Shown: one piece after another, positions 1 through 9,569 of the stretch
How positions within the stretch are numbered: position 1 is the first letter of the stretch
Layout of the letters: every line of letters begins with the position of its first letter
From: Acidimicrobiia bacterium
GTDB taxonomy: Bacteria > Actinomycetota > Acidimicrobiia > Acidimicrobiales > JANYDT01
Assembly (NCBI GenBank): GCA_031418775.1
Contig: JANOJN010000190.1
Location: 9,216-73,215 of the forward strand
Direction: 5' to 3'
DNA length: 64,000 nucleotides
Position numbers and translations under genes: made by a program
Notes under the pieces: model-generated
The model's database searches: none
What the model was told of the DNA's origin: nothing
Seen by the model: only the letters and a program-made list of their open reading frames with translations

Positions 1-17
1 ACGCCGACCGACGAGCC

Positions 18-98
18 GTGAGGTCCGACGCAGGAGCGAGGGCTCGGCACGACGAGTTCGACTCGCGTCGTCCTGCCGCTCGGTCGGCCGAGATGAAG
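18..98 (+). pseudogene. Orphan 5' fragment resembling the start of the PNPOx-family gene at 1319..1954
   Basis: ORF 18..266 starts VRSDAGARARHDEFDSRRPAARSAE, compared with MYGAGARALQDEFDSRRLADRLAE in the intact gene. Positions 27..98 and 1355..1426 share 57/72 nt by hand alignment. The similarity ends where the corA 3' end begins. Confidence 0.35.
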
Positions 99-142
99 GT
101 GAGTTCGGCGTTCTGGCCCGGAAGTGCCGCCCGATCGGTGCC

Positions 143-1150
143 TCAGAGCCAGTCGCGCTTGCGGAAGGCGACGTACAGCGAGCCGGACAGCACGACGATC
201 AGCACGATCGCCGCGACCACACCGCTGGTGCGACCGGCGCCCGGATACGGAACGTTCATGCCGTAGAAGCCGGTGACGAGTGTCGGGACGGCGATGATCG
301 CCGCCCAGCTCGTCACCATCTTCATGGACTGGTTCTGGCGGTAGTCACGCAGGCTGAGGTTGGTCTCGACGATCGTGCTGACCAGGTCGCGCAGGGCCTC
401 GGTCGACTCGCTGACCCGGAGGATGTGGTCGTAAACGTCCTGGAAGTAGGGGTAGAGCTCTTCGGGCACGGTGCGGTTCTCGTGTCGCATCAGCGCACTG
501 ACCGCCTCACGCATGGGGACGGCCAGGCGATGGAAACGAACGAGCGCTTGGCGCATCATGAACCATGCGCGCTGCTCGGTCGCGTTGAGCGGCTTACCGG
601 AGAAGATCTGCTCGCTCAGGTCTTCGAAGAACTCGTCGAAGGCCTCGATCGCATTGAAGTACCCGTCGACGACGAGATCAAGGATCCCGTAGAGCAGGAA
701 GCTGACGCCATGCCGAGCGAGGTCCACGGATCGGGCCGCACGCTGACGGGCGGCCTCCATGTCGACCGAGGGCGCAGGGTGGTCATGGTCGTCCGACGGC
801 TTGCGGACCGTGACGAGCCAGCGTTCGCCGACGAAGGCGTCGATCTCGGAACGGACGAGCTGTTTTCGCTCACGGTCGACGTGCACGGCATGGGTGACGA
901 GGAACATGTGGGTGCCGTAGTGGTCGAGCTTGGGCCGCTGATGTTCCCCGAGGACGTCTTCGACGGCGAGCTCATGGAGCCCGAGGCAGGCCGAAACCGC
1001 CTCGAGCTGGGCAGCGTCCGCGTCGGTGATGTCGATCCACACGACCATTCCTGAAGCGAGCGCGGACCCGACATCGTCGAGTGCCGTCTCGGTCCCTTGC
1101 GTGTCAGCACCTGGCACGCCATCGCGGTAGGTCCAGACGCGTGCGGTCAC
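143..1150 (-). CDS. corA: CorA-family Mg2+/Co2+ transporter
   Basis: The C-terminal part of ORF 143..1966 has the YGMNV (GMN) signature and two C-terminal TM helices. GTG at 1150 gives about 336 aa, a typical CorA length. The upstream 270 codons of the ORF look like a high-GC read-through. Confidence 0.85.
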   Translation of the reverse strand: MTARVWTYRDGVPGADTQGTETALDDVGSALASGMVVWIDITDADAAQLEAVSACLGLHELAVEDVLGEHQRPKLDHYGTHMFLVTHAVHVDRERKQLVRSEIDAFVGERWLVTVRKPSDDHDHPAPSVDMEAARQRAARSVDLARHGVSFLLYGILDLVVDGYFNAIEAFDEFFEDLSEQIFSGKPLNATEQRAWFMMRQALVRFHRLAVPMREAVSALMRHENRTVPEELYPYFQDVYDHILRVSESTEALRDLVSTIVETNLSLRDYRQNQSMKMVTSWAAIIAVPTLVTGFYGMNVPYPGAGRTSGVVAAIVLIVVLSGSLYVAFRKRDWL

Positions 1151-1318
1151 TTCGGCGACGTTACGCCCTCTGACACTCGGCCGTGCGACAACTCCCACCA
1201 GCTCTCCCGGCCGTTGAATGTCACGACGCACGTCTGTCAGGGGCTCGGCCGCTGGCAAGCGCAGCGCCGGGAGAGCCTCCCCCGAGCGGCGCCGCGACGT
1301 TCGCCGTACAGTACGCAT

Positions 1319-1954
1319 ATGGCGCTCGATCGGGACCGACCCGGCACGATGTACGGCGCGGGAGCGCGGGCTCTGCAGGACGAGTTCGACTCCCGCCGTC
1401 TGGCCGATCGGCTGGCGGAGGTGACGCTCCACGGCGAACTCGATGCAGGCGACATCGCGCTCGTCGCGGACCAGGCCGCAGTGTGGGTGTCGACCGTCGA
1501 TGCCGACGGTTGGCCCGACGTCTCCTATAAAGGCGGTGAGCCCGGCTTCGTCCGGGTGGTGAGTCCGGTCGAACTGCGCGTACCGATCTTCAACGGGAAC
1601 GGCATGTGGCGGACGTTGGGGAACATCCGCGATAACGGGCGGGTCGCTCTGCTCTTCGTTGACCAGCAGCGTCCGTGGCGGATGCGCGTGCACGGCACCG
1701 GGACCGTGCTCACCGATCACGACTCCGTCGCGGCGTTCACCGAAGCTGAAGCCGTGCTCGTGATCCGAGTTGCCCGCGTGTTCCCGAACTGCGGCCGCTA
1801 CATCCATCAGAACGGCGAGATCTCCGCCTACGTCCCTCGGGCCGGACAGGTCACGCCGATTCCGGACTGGAAACGTCTGCCGGTCCTCAACGAGGTTCTC
1901 CCGGCGAGCGACCCGGCACGCACGGTCGACCCGGCCCAGGACGCCCTCCGATGA
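1319..1954 (+). CDS. Pyridoxamine 5'-phosphate oxidase-family FMN-binding protein
   Basis: ATG at 1319 (alternative 1349) lies in ORF 1097..1954. The segment VWVSTVDADGWPDVSYKGGEPGFVRV...PIFNGNGMWRTLGNI is typical of PNPOx-like split-barrel proteins. The stop overlaps the next start (ATGA). Confidence 0.75.
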   Translation: MALDRDRPGTMYGAGARALQDEFDSRRLADRLAEVTLHGELDAGDIALVADQAAVWVSTVDADGWPDVSYKGGEPGFVRVVSPVELRVPIFNGNGMWRTLGNIRDNGRVALLFVDQQRPWRMRVHGTGTVLTDHDSVAAFTEAEAVLVIRVARVFPNCGRYIHQNGEISAYVPRAGQVTPIPDWKRLPVLNEVLPASDPARTVDPAQDALR

Positions 1955-3033
1955 CCGGCACCCCATCCACCGAACACCAGGCGGTGGTCACCAACGGCCA
2001 CGGCGGGATCCGGCTCGAGACGGTGTCGCTCCGGCGACCCGGTGCGGGCGAGGTGGAACTCGAACTCGTTGCCTCCGTGGTGTGCCACACCGACCTCGAC
2101 TCGCTCACGTTGGGCCGCGAGCTCGTCGTGGGGCACGAGGGTGCCGGGATCGTGCGACACGTCGGCGAAGGAGTCGACCTCGACGTGGGAACGCGAGCGG
2201 TTCTCAACTGGGCGATGCCGTGCGGTCAGTGCTTCCAGTGCTCCGAGGGGCGACAGAACATCTGCGAGAAGCGTGACCATGGCGACCATCTGTCCACCAC
2301 GACGCGTCTCGGTGACCACTACGTCCCGCGCTCGTTCTCGCTGGGCAGATGAGCACCGGCACCGTGGTCCCGGCCTCAGCGGTGGTTCCGATCGATGTCG
2401 AGATCCCCTTCACGTCGGCGTGCATCGTCGGGTGTGGGGTGATGACCGGGTACGGTTCGGTCGTCAACGCGGCCAGGGTCACGCCGGGGAGCCCATGGTC
2501 GTGCTCGGGTGCTGTGGTGTGGGCCTCAACGTCGTGCAGGCCGGGGTCCTCGCAGGTGCGAGTTCGGTGATCGCCGTGGATCGTTCCGTCAGCCGGCTCC
2601 GCATGGCCGCGACGTTCGGTGCCACCACATGCATCCATGTCGCCGACGGCACGATTGACGACGCGTGCTCCAGGTGCGTGCGCTGTGTGGCGGGCGCTGC
2701 GCCGACTATGCCTTCGAGTGCACCGGTGTGCCTCAACTCGCCATGGCCCCGTTGGCCTTCGTCCGCGATGCCGGAATCGCCGTGCAGGTGAGCGGGAACG
2801 AGACATCCGCGATGGTCGACCTTCGCCTGTTCGAGTGGGACAAGACGTACATCAACCCGCTGTACGGGCAGTGTCGTCCGAGCATCGACATTCCGAAGAT
2901 CCTGCATCTCTATGCCACGGGCCGCCTTCGCCTCGACGAGCTCGCCGTGGAGCGCTTCTCGCTTCGCGACGCAGCAGTGGCCATCGCTGCCGTGCGTGCC
3001 GGCGAGGTGACGAAGGCGGTGCTCGAGCTGTGA
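1951..3033 (+). pseudogene. Zinc-dependent alcohol dehydrogenase, disrupted by three frameshifts
   Basis: ADH motifs are spread over three reading frames. 1951..2352 carries GHEGAG and CGQCFQC. 2349..~2490 carries GCGVMTGYG. ~2490..~2660 carries the VVLGCCGVGLNVVQ..VIAVD Rossmann segment. 2665..3033 carries ADYAFECTG and the C-terminus. This implies 1-nt indels near 2345, 2488 and 2662. Confidence 0.8.
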
Positions 3034-3454
3034 CGTCGGTGCTGTTCGAGGCGAGCGCCGGTCGTGAACTGCTTCCCGGGGTTCGTCATGCGACGGTGCG
3101 GAGCGACGCACTCGGGCACCGGGCCGACCTTTCCACCGTGCATGTCCCCGGCACCGTCCCTGCGGCGATGGTCCTCGGGCTCCAACGCTTCGGCCACGCC
3201 CCGCTCGACGCATCGATCGATGACCGCGATCTGCAACACTGTTGTGCGCAACGAAAGGGCTTCCGCAGCTCGCCCTCGACTGCGGGATCGACGATTTACT
3301 GATCGAGGACAACCGCCGCCTGCACGATGAGCTCACGGCCGGTGGCGTGGCCCACAGCTACGACGAGTCCGAGGGCGCTCACGAGTGGCCGTACTGGCAG
3401 CGTCGGCTTCCCGTTGCGCTGCGCTTCTTCGCTGATCGGCTCAACTCTCAATGA
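3030..3454 (+). pseudogene. Esterase (putative-esterase family) remnant with internal deletion and frame change
   Basis: GTG at 3030 overlaps the ADH stop. The N-terminal piece reads ATVRSDALGHRADLSTVHVPG. ORF 3242..3454, in another frame, gives the family C-terminus LDCGIDDLLIEDNRRLHDEL..GAHEWPYWQRRL. The total is only about 140 aa, and the GxSxG nucleophile segment is missing. Confidence 0.55.
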
Positions 3455-3638
3455 TCACAGCATCGACATCACAGGGGGGTTTGGACTCTTGACCTTTTGG
3501 ATACGTTGGTAAGAAGAAGTTCGCAGAAGCGGAGCGCCTCGTCGATGATTCGACGACTACGTTGCTGTCGGCGTCGACTTTCACGTACGTCGATTCTCCG
3601 TTCGCCGGCGTTCAACAGAGTGATCGGCAGACCAACAG

Positions 3639-5783
3639 ATGCGCAAGAACAAACGCTCACAGGACGAGGAAGTCGATACGTTTGACCTCGATCAGGTTGG
3701 CTCGTGGGTGCTCGACGCGCTTCCACGTGCCGTGGTCGTGTCGGACCTCAATGGACGGATTGTCGGTTGGAACAGCCGAGCGGAAATCACGTTCGGTCGA
3801 AGTCGGACGGAGGTGCTCGGGTCGGCCTACGACACGATCGTCTCGAAAGAGAATCGGGCGCGGGCTCAGGCGCTGAGGGCGCTGGTGCTCAGCGGAGATC
3901 GCTGGAGCGGAGAGTCAGTCGTGCAGCTGGCCGACGGCACCACGAGACACCTGTTCTCGTTTCTCGCACCGCTGCGCGATAGCGCCGGTCAGGTGATCGG
4001 CGTGGTGAGCGCCGCTGAGGACCTGAGTGAGCAGCGGGCGCTCAAGAAGCAGGCAACTGACCTTGCTGACCACCTCGTGCTCGCCCTCGTAGCAGGACAG
4101 CTCGGAACCTGGAGATGGGACCTGCGTACCGGGGAAACGACGTGGGATCACGTCGCCGAGGCCTTGTTCGGGTTCGAACCGGGAGGTTTCGACGGCACGT
4201 ACGACACATGGGTATCGCTCCTGCATCCCGAGGACCGCGAGGCGACGCTCGCCAGCGTCGCAGACGCAATCGCCAACAAGGCCAGCTACGAGGTCTCCCA
4301 CCGGGTGGTTTGGCCGGACGGAAGTGTGCACTGGCTGCGGGGACGCGGCCAGGTGACGCTCGACGGGGACGGTCGGGTGACCGGCAGCATTGGTTGCGTA
4401 GGTGACGACACCACACGCAGGACGAACGAGATCGACGCGGAGCGTCGTACCGTTGAGGCCGAGCAGCGGGCGATATCGGAGAGGGTGCAGCGCGAGCGCA
4501 TCGAATTCCTCAGCGCGCTGAATGATGCCGCGCTGAGCGCGACCGACCACCGCGAGCTCATGCGTGCGACAGCAGCCGCGGCGGTGCCGCGGCTTGGCGA
4601 CTGGTGCGCTGTCTCCTACCTCACGCACCCCGGCATGCCACCGGAGACCGAGATCGTGCATTCCGACCCCGCACGAGTCGATTGGGCGCGCGAGTTGCAG
4701 TTGCGCTACCCGTACGACCCCGACGCGACGTCGGGTGTTGCTGCGGTGATGCGTACCGGCATCACTGAGCACGTCGAGCTCTTGACTTCCGAGCTGATCG
4801 ATCGCGCGCTCGAAGGCTCCTCCTATTCGGACATCGACGAGCTCCGCAAGGTGATCACCGACCTGGGAATCACCAGTGCCATCACCGTGCCTCTGGTGAC
4901 CCGCCACGGTGTGGTCGGTGCCATCCAGTTCGTCACTGCGGAGTCGCGCCGTCGATATGGCGCTGACGACGTTGCGCTTGCCGAGGCTGCCGCGGGTCGA
5001 ATTGCGGATGCGATCAACAACGCGTGGATGAGCGACCACCAACACGACGTTTCCGCGAAGCTGCAGGCGGCGCTCTTGCCGGCGACGCTCCCTGCGATCG
5101 AGGGCCTCGAGGTTGCGGTCCGCTACCGGGCGGGTGCGAGTATGGCCGTGGGGGGAGACTTCTACGACGTGTTCCGGCTCGGCCCGAACCGATGGGCCCT
5201 GGCGATCGGCGACGTGTGCGGCACTGGACCGGACGCTGCCTCCGTCACGGGGAAGGCCCGTCACACGATCCGCGCCGCTGCGACGCACGGTGTTGCGGCG
5301 CCCGACGTCATGGAATGGCTGAACGACGCGATCATCGCCGGGGAACAAGGTCTGTTCTGCACGGCCGTGTACGGGACGCTCGATCGGCTCGATGGAGGAC
5401 GCTGGCGCCTGACGACCATCAGTGCAGGCCATCCGCTCCCCGTGCTGCGCACTGCCGGAGGGTCTGTGGATCATGTCGGGGTCCCGGGAACGCTCCTCGG
5501 CGTTCTCCCCGAGCTCGAGGTGACACCGACCGAGACGATCCTCGGCGGCGGTGACACCATCGTGCTCTACACCGACGGAATCACCGATGTCCGACCCCCG
5601 TTCGCTCTTGATGAAGCCGAGCTCCTCGAGCTCGTTCGAAAGTCCTGCGATGGTGCCACCGACGCCGACGCGATGGCGTCGAACTTGATCGCAGAGATTG
5701 AGAAAGTGCTCCCGATCCACGAACGCAACGATGACCTCGCGATCGTGGTCCTCAGAGTCGCCGGCGTCGCAACCGGAGCGTGA
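3639..5783 (+). CDS. PAS-PAS-GAF sensor fused to a PP2C/SpoIIE-type serine phosphatase
   Basis: 714-aa ORF with two PAS-like segments (VVVSDLNGRIVGWN; WRWDLRTGETTWD..HPEDRE) and a GAF-like middle. The C-terminal PP2C motifs GGDFYDV and GDVCGTGPDAAS are present. Confidence 0.85.
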   Translation: MRKNKRSQDEEVDTFDLDQVGSWVLDALPRAVVVSDLNGRIVGWNSRAEITFGRSRTEVLGSAYDTIVSKENRARAQALRALVLSGDRWSGESVVQLADGTTRHLFSFLAPLRDSAGQVIGVVSAAEDLSEQRALKKQATDLADHLVLALVAGQLGTWRWDLRTGETTWDHVAEALFGFEPGGFDGTYDTWVSLLHPEDREATLASVADAIANKASYEVSHRVVWPDGSVHWLRGRGQVTLDGDGRVTGSIGCVGDDTTRRTNEIDAERRTVEAEQRAISERVQRERIEFLSALNDAALSATDHRELMRATAAAAVPRLGDWCAVSYLTHPGMPPETEIVHSDPARVDWARELQLRYPYDPDATSGVAAVMRTGITEHVELLTSELIDRALEGSSYSDIDELRKVITDLGITSAITVPLVTRHGVVGAIQFVTAESRRRYGADDVALAEAAAGRIADAINNAWMSDHQHDVSAKLQAALLPATLPAIEGLEVAVRYRAGASMAVGGDFYDVFRLGPNRWALAIGDVCGTGPDAASVTGKARHTIRAAATHGVAAPDVMEWLNDAIIAGEQGLFCTAVYGTLDRLDGGRWRLTTISAGHPLPVLRTAGGSVDHVGVPGTLLGVLPELEVTPTETILGGGDTIVLYTDGITDVRPPFALDEAELLELVRKSCDGATDADAMASNLIAEIEKVLPIHERNDDLAIVVLRVAGVATGA

Positions 5784-5995
5784 TGGCTGGCCGGCGGAGC
5801 GGCCGCCACGCGGACGCGACCAATCAATTCCGTGGTTTGACGAGCGGTTCCGCGGGTACTGGTCATGGAACGGACGCATCGTTTCATGAACAAAGGACAC
5901 GACATGGTTTACCGCCCGAGAACGAATCTGGACACGCACTACGACCGGAGCGCTATCGGCAGCGCGAAAGGTGACCCGACGGCGAGGACAGAGCG

Positions 5996-7330
5996 ATGAC
6001 CACCGAGATGGTCCCGCCCCCGGCTCCGCTCGCCGTGCGCGTCGCCGAGTTGGACCGCCACGTCCGAGCGCGCGACATCGTTTGGATTAGGGAGCAGCAC
6101 GCTGCGGGTTCACTCGCCTGGCTTGAGCCGCATCTGGGACCGACCGGGTTCACTGCGCTCGGTTCCGCCATCGGGGCCGGAGACCTGGACCTCGTGAGCC
6201 GCCACCTCTCCGCCTTGGGCGACGCCACCACTGTGCTCGACGAGCCGGTCGCCGCATCGACTGTTGGCGCGAAAGTCATTGGTGATCCGCTGAGCAGTGC
6301 CCTCGATGATCCGACGCTCATCGTTTCTCGTCACGGCGCCGTCCTTCCGGCGGCTGCCGTTCGACGTGAGCGGAACACGCTCGTCGTCACGGCCATCGTC
6401 CTCACACTGCTCGCTGTCGGAGTCGTCGCGTTCCTCTTGCTGCGCAACAGTGACGACAAGACTGCGGACACATCGATCGCAACGGAGACGATCGCTCCTG
6501 AAACGGCGGCGGCAACCACAATTCTCACGCCGGCGCCGATCGTGTCGGAGGCGCCGCTGACCACTGGCGCGATGACCACGCCTACCGTCCCTGCGACTGT
6601 GCCGCCGAGCGCCACCGTCATCGCAACCATCGCCCCGCCGAAGGTTGTCGCTCCCGCGCCGGTGGTCACGGTACCGTTGCAGGATGCCGTGAGCACGGCG
6701 TCACGTTCTGCGACCTTCGGGCCGTATCTCGCCATGGTCGACGCCGCCGGGCTGACGAACGAACTGCGGACGATGAAGAACGTGACGTTCCTCGTCCCGA
6801 CCGAGAGCGCATTCGCAGCGTTGCCGACAGACGTGCAGGTCGCCCTCCGGTCACCGTCGAACCGTATCGTATTGGCCCGTATCGTCCGCTACGGAGTGCT
6901 CACCCAGAGTCGCGCGGCTGCGCAGTTGACGCCAGGCGACTACACGACGGTCGAAGGTTCGGCGGTGAACGTAAAGCTTCTGAATGGCACCGTGAGAATC
7001 AACGACGCCACCATCACCGGCCCAGATGTCAAGGTCGTGAACGGTGTACTACACGCCGTGGATCGGCTCCTTGTCCCGGCGTCGGTCGACCTCAACGCGC
7101 TTGTCCCGAGGGCGGCACCACCGACCGCGGCGCCGGCACGCGTGACCACGGTTGCTCCCACTAGCCCGGCGTCCCCGGTGCCTACCCCGGCGCCGGCCAC
7201 GACCGTTGCGCCCGTGGTGACACCGAGCACGGTGGCGGCAACAACACCGGCCCCCACATCACCGCCGGCGACGAGCGCGCCGACGACCCGGGCGCCGACC
7301 ACCGGGGCGCCAACCACGACGGTCGCCTGA
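5996..7330 (+). CDS. Membrane-anchored fasciclin (FAS1) domain protein with Pro/Thr/Ala-rich linkers
   Basis: GAGGA lies 8 nt upstream of the ATG. The protein has a soluble N-terminal domain of about 125 aa and one TM helix (LVVTAIVLTLLAVGVVAFLLL). The FAS1 hallmarks TFLVPTESAFAALP and VNGVLHAVDRLLVP are present, followed by a PT-rich tail. Confidence 0.8.
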   Translation: MTTEMVPPPAPLAVRVAELDRHVRARDIVWIREQHAAGSLAWLEPHLGPTGFTALGSAIGAGDLDLVSRHLSALGDATTVLDEPVAASTVGAKVIGDPLSSALDDPTLIVSRHGAVLPAAAVRRERNTLVVTAIVLTLLAVGVVAFLLLRNSDDKTADTSIATETIAPETAAATTILTPAPIVSEAPLTTGAMTTPTVPATVPPSATVIATIAPPKVVAPAPVVTVPLQDAVSTASRSATFGPYLAMVDAAGLTNELRTMKNVTFLVPTESAFAALPTDVQVALRSPSNRIVLARIVRYGVLTQSRAAAQLTPGDYTTVEGSAVNVKLLNGTVRINDATITGPDVKVVNGVLHAVDRLLVPASVDLNALVPRAAPPTAAPARVTTVAPTSPASPVPTPAPATTVAPVVTPSTVAATTPAPTSPPATSAPTTRAPTTGAPTTTVA

Positions 7331-7355
7331 CCCACGGTCCGTAGTGCCGACTGCT

Positions 7356-7396
7356 CGGCCATCCATGGGAGTTCCTCGCCTATGGATGGATGGCCG
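7356..7396. terminator. Hairpin between the convergent fasciclin and acyl-CoA synthetase genes
   Basis: CGGCCATCCAT (7356..7366) pairs with ATGGATGGCCG (7386..7396), an 11-bp stem with a 19-nt loop. It lies in a 165-nt convergent spacer. No U-tract is present. Confidence 0.35.
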
Positions 7397-7418
7397 GTCG
7401 GCTGGATGGCCGGTCGGC
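7387..7418. repeat. Tandem 16-bp direct repeat (TGGATGGCCGGTCGGC x2)
   Basis: Exact tandem copies at 7387..7402 and 7403..7418. They overlap the right arm of the hairpin. Confidence 0.6.
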
Positions 7419-7495
7419 GACGGTCACGCCCGGTCTCTTCCGGATCGAGCGGCTGAGATCGGGCCGGGGTCGTTGATCGCGGCGCCGGGTTAGGG

Positions 7496-9037
7496 CTACA
7501 CGAGCTTGGACTGGTGGCCTTCCCAGTACTTGTCGCGCAATAGGCGCTTGTAGAGCTTGCCGGTGGGGTGGCGTGGCAACTCGGCCTGGAAGTCGACCGA
7601 ACGCGGGCACTTGATGTCCGACAGTTGTGATCGGCAGAACGCCATGAGTTCCCGAGCAAGTTCCGGTCCGGCGTCGGCCATGTTCACCGGTTGCACGACT
7701 GCCTTCACCTCTTCACCGAAGTCCTCGTTGGGGACGCCGAACACGGCAACGTCGGCCACCTTCGGGTGCATCGTGAGCACGTTCTCCGCCTCCTGCGGGT
7801 AGATATTCACGCCTCCCGAAATGATCATGTTCGCTTTGCGGTCGGTGAGGAATAGGTAGCCGTCGGCGTCGACGTAGCCGATGTCGCCGAGCGTTGACCA
7901 GCCCTTCGGATGACGGCTCGACGCGGTCTTTTCCGGGTCGTTGTGATACTCGAACGTGCCGCCACCGCCGAAGTAGATCGTGCCCGGCTCACCGACCGGG
8001 AGCTCGTTGCCCTCCTCGTCGCAGATGTGCAGCTCGTTGGCAAGAGCTCGGCCGACGCTGCCCGGCTTCTTCAGCCACTCATCGCTCTTGATCATGGTGG
8101 AGCCGTTGCCCTCGGTGCCGGCGTAGTACTCGAACAGCACCGGGCCCCACCACTCGATCATCTGCTGCTTCACCGGCACCGGGCATGGTGCCGCGGCATG
8201 GATCGCCACCTCCATACTCGACACGTCATACTTCGCCCGGACCGCGGCTTCGAGCTTGAGCATGCGGACGAACATCGTGGGAACCCACTGGCTGTGGGTC
8301 ACCTTGTAGCGGTCGATCAGCGCGAGCGCCTGTTCCGCATCGAAGTGCTCCATCACGACCACCGTGACGCCGACCCGGAAGCAGTCCATGCAGTGACGCA
8401 GCGGGGCTGCGTGGTAAAGCGGTGCAGGGGAGAGGTACACGCTGTTCTCGGTCATGCCGTAGAAGCCGCGCAGCGTTGCCTCGAGGCTCGGACCCTCACC
8501 CAAGGGGGCAAGGCTCAGGTTCACCTTCACCCCTTTCGGGCGGCCGGTCGTCCCTGAGCTGTAGAGCATGGTGAAGCCTTCGGCCTCATCCGCGATCGGG
8601 GTCGACGGGAGCTGGGCGACGGACGTTTCGAGGGACTCGTAGCCGTCGATCGTGCCGTCGACCATCGTGAACAGTGTGACCTTCGAGGCCAGGGGTCGCA
8701 GTTCCGCAGCGAGCTCAGACATCTCCTTCGACGTGAAGAACGCCTTCGCCCCACAGTCGTTCACGATGTACTCGGCCTCGCCGAGCGTGAGTCGACTGGA
8801 GATCGCGGTGTAGCGAAGGCCGGCGCGCTGCGCGGCCCAGCAGATCCGGAAGTACCACGCGTTGTTCTCCATGAGCAGGGCGACCGAGTCGCCCTGCTCG
8901 ATTCCGACCGATCGCATGAGGTGAGCGATCCGGTTGGAGTCCTCCTCGAGATGGCGATAGGTGATCGTCTCGCCCGACGTCGCCATGACGTAGGCGGGCT
9001 TGTCGGGCGTGGCTGCGGCGTGTTGTCCTAGGTGCAC
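7496..9037 (-). CDS. AMP-forming acyl-CoA synthetase (FadD-like)
   Basis: 513-aa ORF with the adenylate-forming motifs YSSGTTGRPKGV and GDIGYVDADGYLFLTDRKANMIISGGVNIYP. Confidence 0.9.
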   Translation of the reverse strand: MHLGQHAAATPDKPAYVMATSGETITYRHLEEDSNRIAHLMRSVGIEQGDSVALLMENNAWYFRICWAAQRAGLRYTAISSRLTLGEAEYIVNDCGAKAFFTSKEMSELAAELRPLASKVTLFTMVDGTIDGYESLETSVAQLPSTPIADEAEGFTMLYSSGTTGRPKGVKVNLSLAPLGEGPSLEATLRGFYGMTENSVYLSPAPLYHAAPLRHCMDCFRVGVTVVVMEHFDAEQALALIDRYKVTHSQWVPTMFVRMLKLEAAVRAKYDVSSMEVAIHAAAPCPVPVKQQMIEWWGPVLFEYYAGTEGNGSTMIKSDEWLKKPGSVGRALANELHICDEEGNELPVGEPGTIYFGGGGTFEYHNDPEKTASSRHPKGWSTLGDIGYVDADGYLFLTDRKANMIISGGVNIYPQEAENVLTMHPKVADVAVFGVPNEDFGEEVKAVVQPVNMADAGPELARELMAFCRSQLSDIKCPRSVDFQAELPRHPTGKLYKRLLRDKYWEGHQSKLV

Positions 9038-9076
9038 GGCGCAGGATCGTAGGCCGAGGAGGCGAAATATGCCCGA

Positions 9077-9349
9077 TCAGATGCTTTCGAAGATCTCGAT
9101 GCGCGGGGGTCCGGCCACGCCCGCCTTCTCCATGCCTGCCTTCAACCCGGGATCGTTGGCGAACGCTTCCGCCTGTGCCACCGTTGGGAAATCGTGGAGG
9201 ACGAAGACGTCGTTGGCATTGTCCGGTGCCCGCATCACCTTCTTCGCCGTGCATCCGTGCTGCAGTCGCAGCGGCTCGAGCTCGTTATAGACGACATGCC
9301 ACGCGGCGAAGTCGGCGACGGGATGACGGACGGCGATGGTTGCGCTCAT
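9077..9349 (-). CDS. Small conserved hypothetical protein (possible dimeric alpha/beta-barrel fold)
   Basis: ATG at 9349 has GGAG just upstream. The 90-aa protein reads MSATIAVRHPVADFAAWHVVYNELEPLRLQHG...FPTVAQAEAFANDPGLKAGMEKAGV. The fold assignment is a guess. Confidence 0.5.
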   Translation of the reverse strand: MSATIAVRHPVADFAAWHVVYNELEPLRLQHGCTAKKVMRAPDNANDVFVLHDFPTVAQAEAFANDPGLKAGMEKAGVAGPPRIEIFESI

Positions 9350-9569
9350 GAGAGGGCTCCTTCTGACATGGGGCGTAGTGCCTCCGCCGCTCAGTCTGGA
9401 CCTCGCCGGCCCGAGAGTCGAGCGAAGAGTGTCTGAACGGGGGTGTCTCACAAGATTCAAGTCAAACGTTCTGCAGCGACGGATGCATCATGCGCAGAGC
9501 TTCTTGAGTTGAGAAGCAAAAGAGCCTTTCCGCATGTGAGGGTTGGCCGTACCGTGGATCACCATCACA

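Noticed and set aside
1151-1966. N-terminal 270 codons of the 607-aa ORF containing CorA
   Set aside because: CorA proteins are about 320-370 aa. The extension overlaps the PNPOx gene on the other strand and has no CorA similarity, so GTG 1150 is preferred.
3489-3515. Sigma-70-like promoter (TTGACC ... TAAGAA) upstream of the PAS-PP2C gene
   Set aside because: The spacing is only 15 nt and there is no supporting evidence, so it is too weak to annotate.
3915-5939. 674-aa ORF on the minus strand
   Set aside because: It is fully antisense to the well-supported PAS-GAF-PP2C gene. Its translation is Arg/Gly/Pro-rich with no motif. This is a typical long antisense ORF in high-GC DNA.
6480-7320. 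Pro/Thr/Ala-rich low-complexity DNA as a repeat element
   Set aside because: It lies in frame within the fasciclin ORF on both sides of the FAS1 domain, consistent with coding linker or cell-wall-spanning regions.
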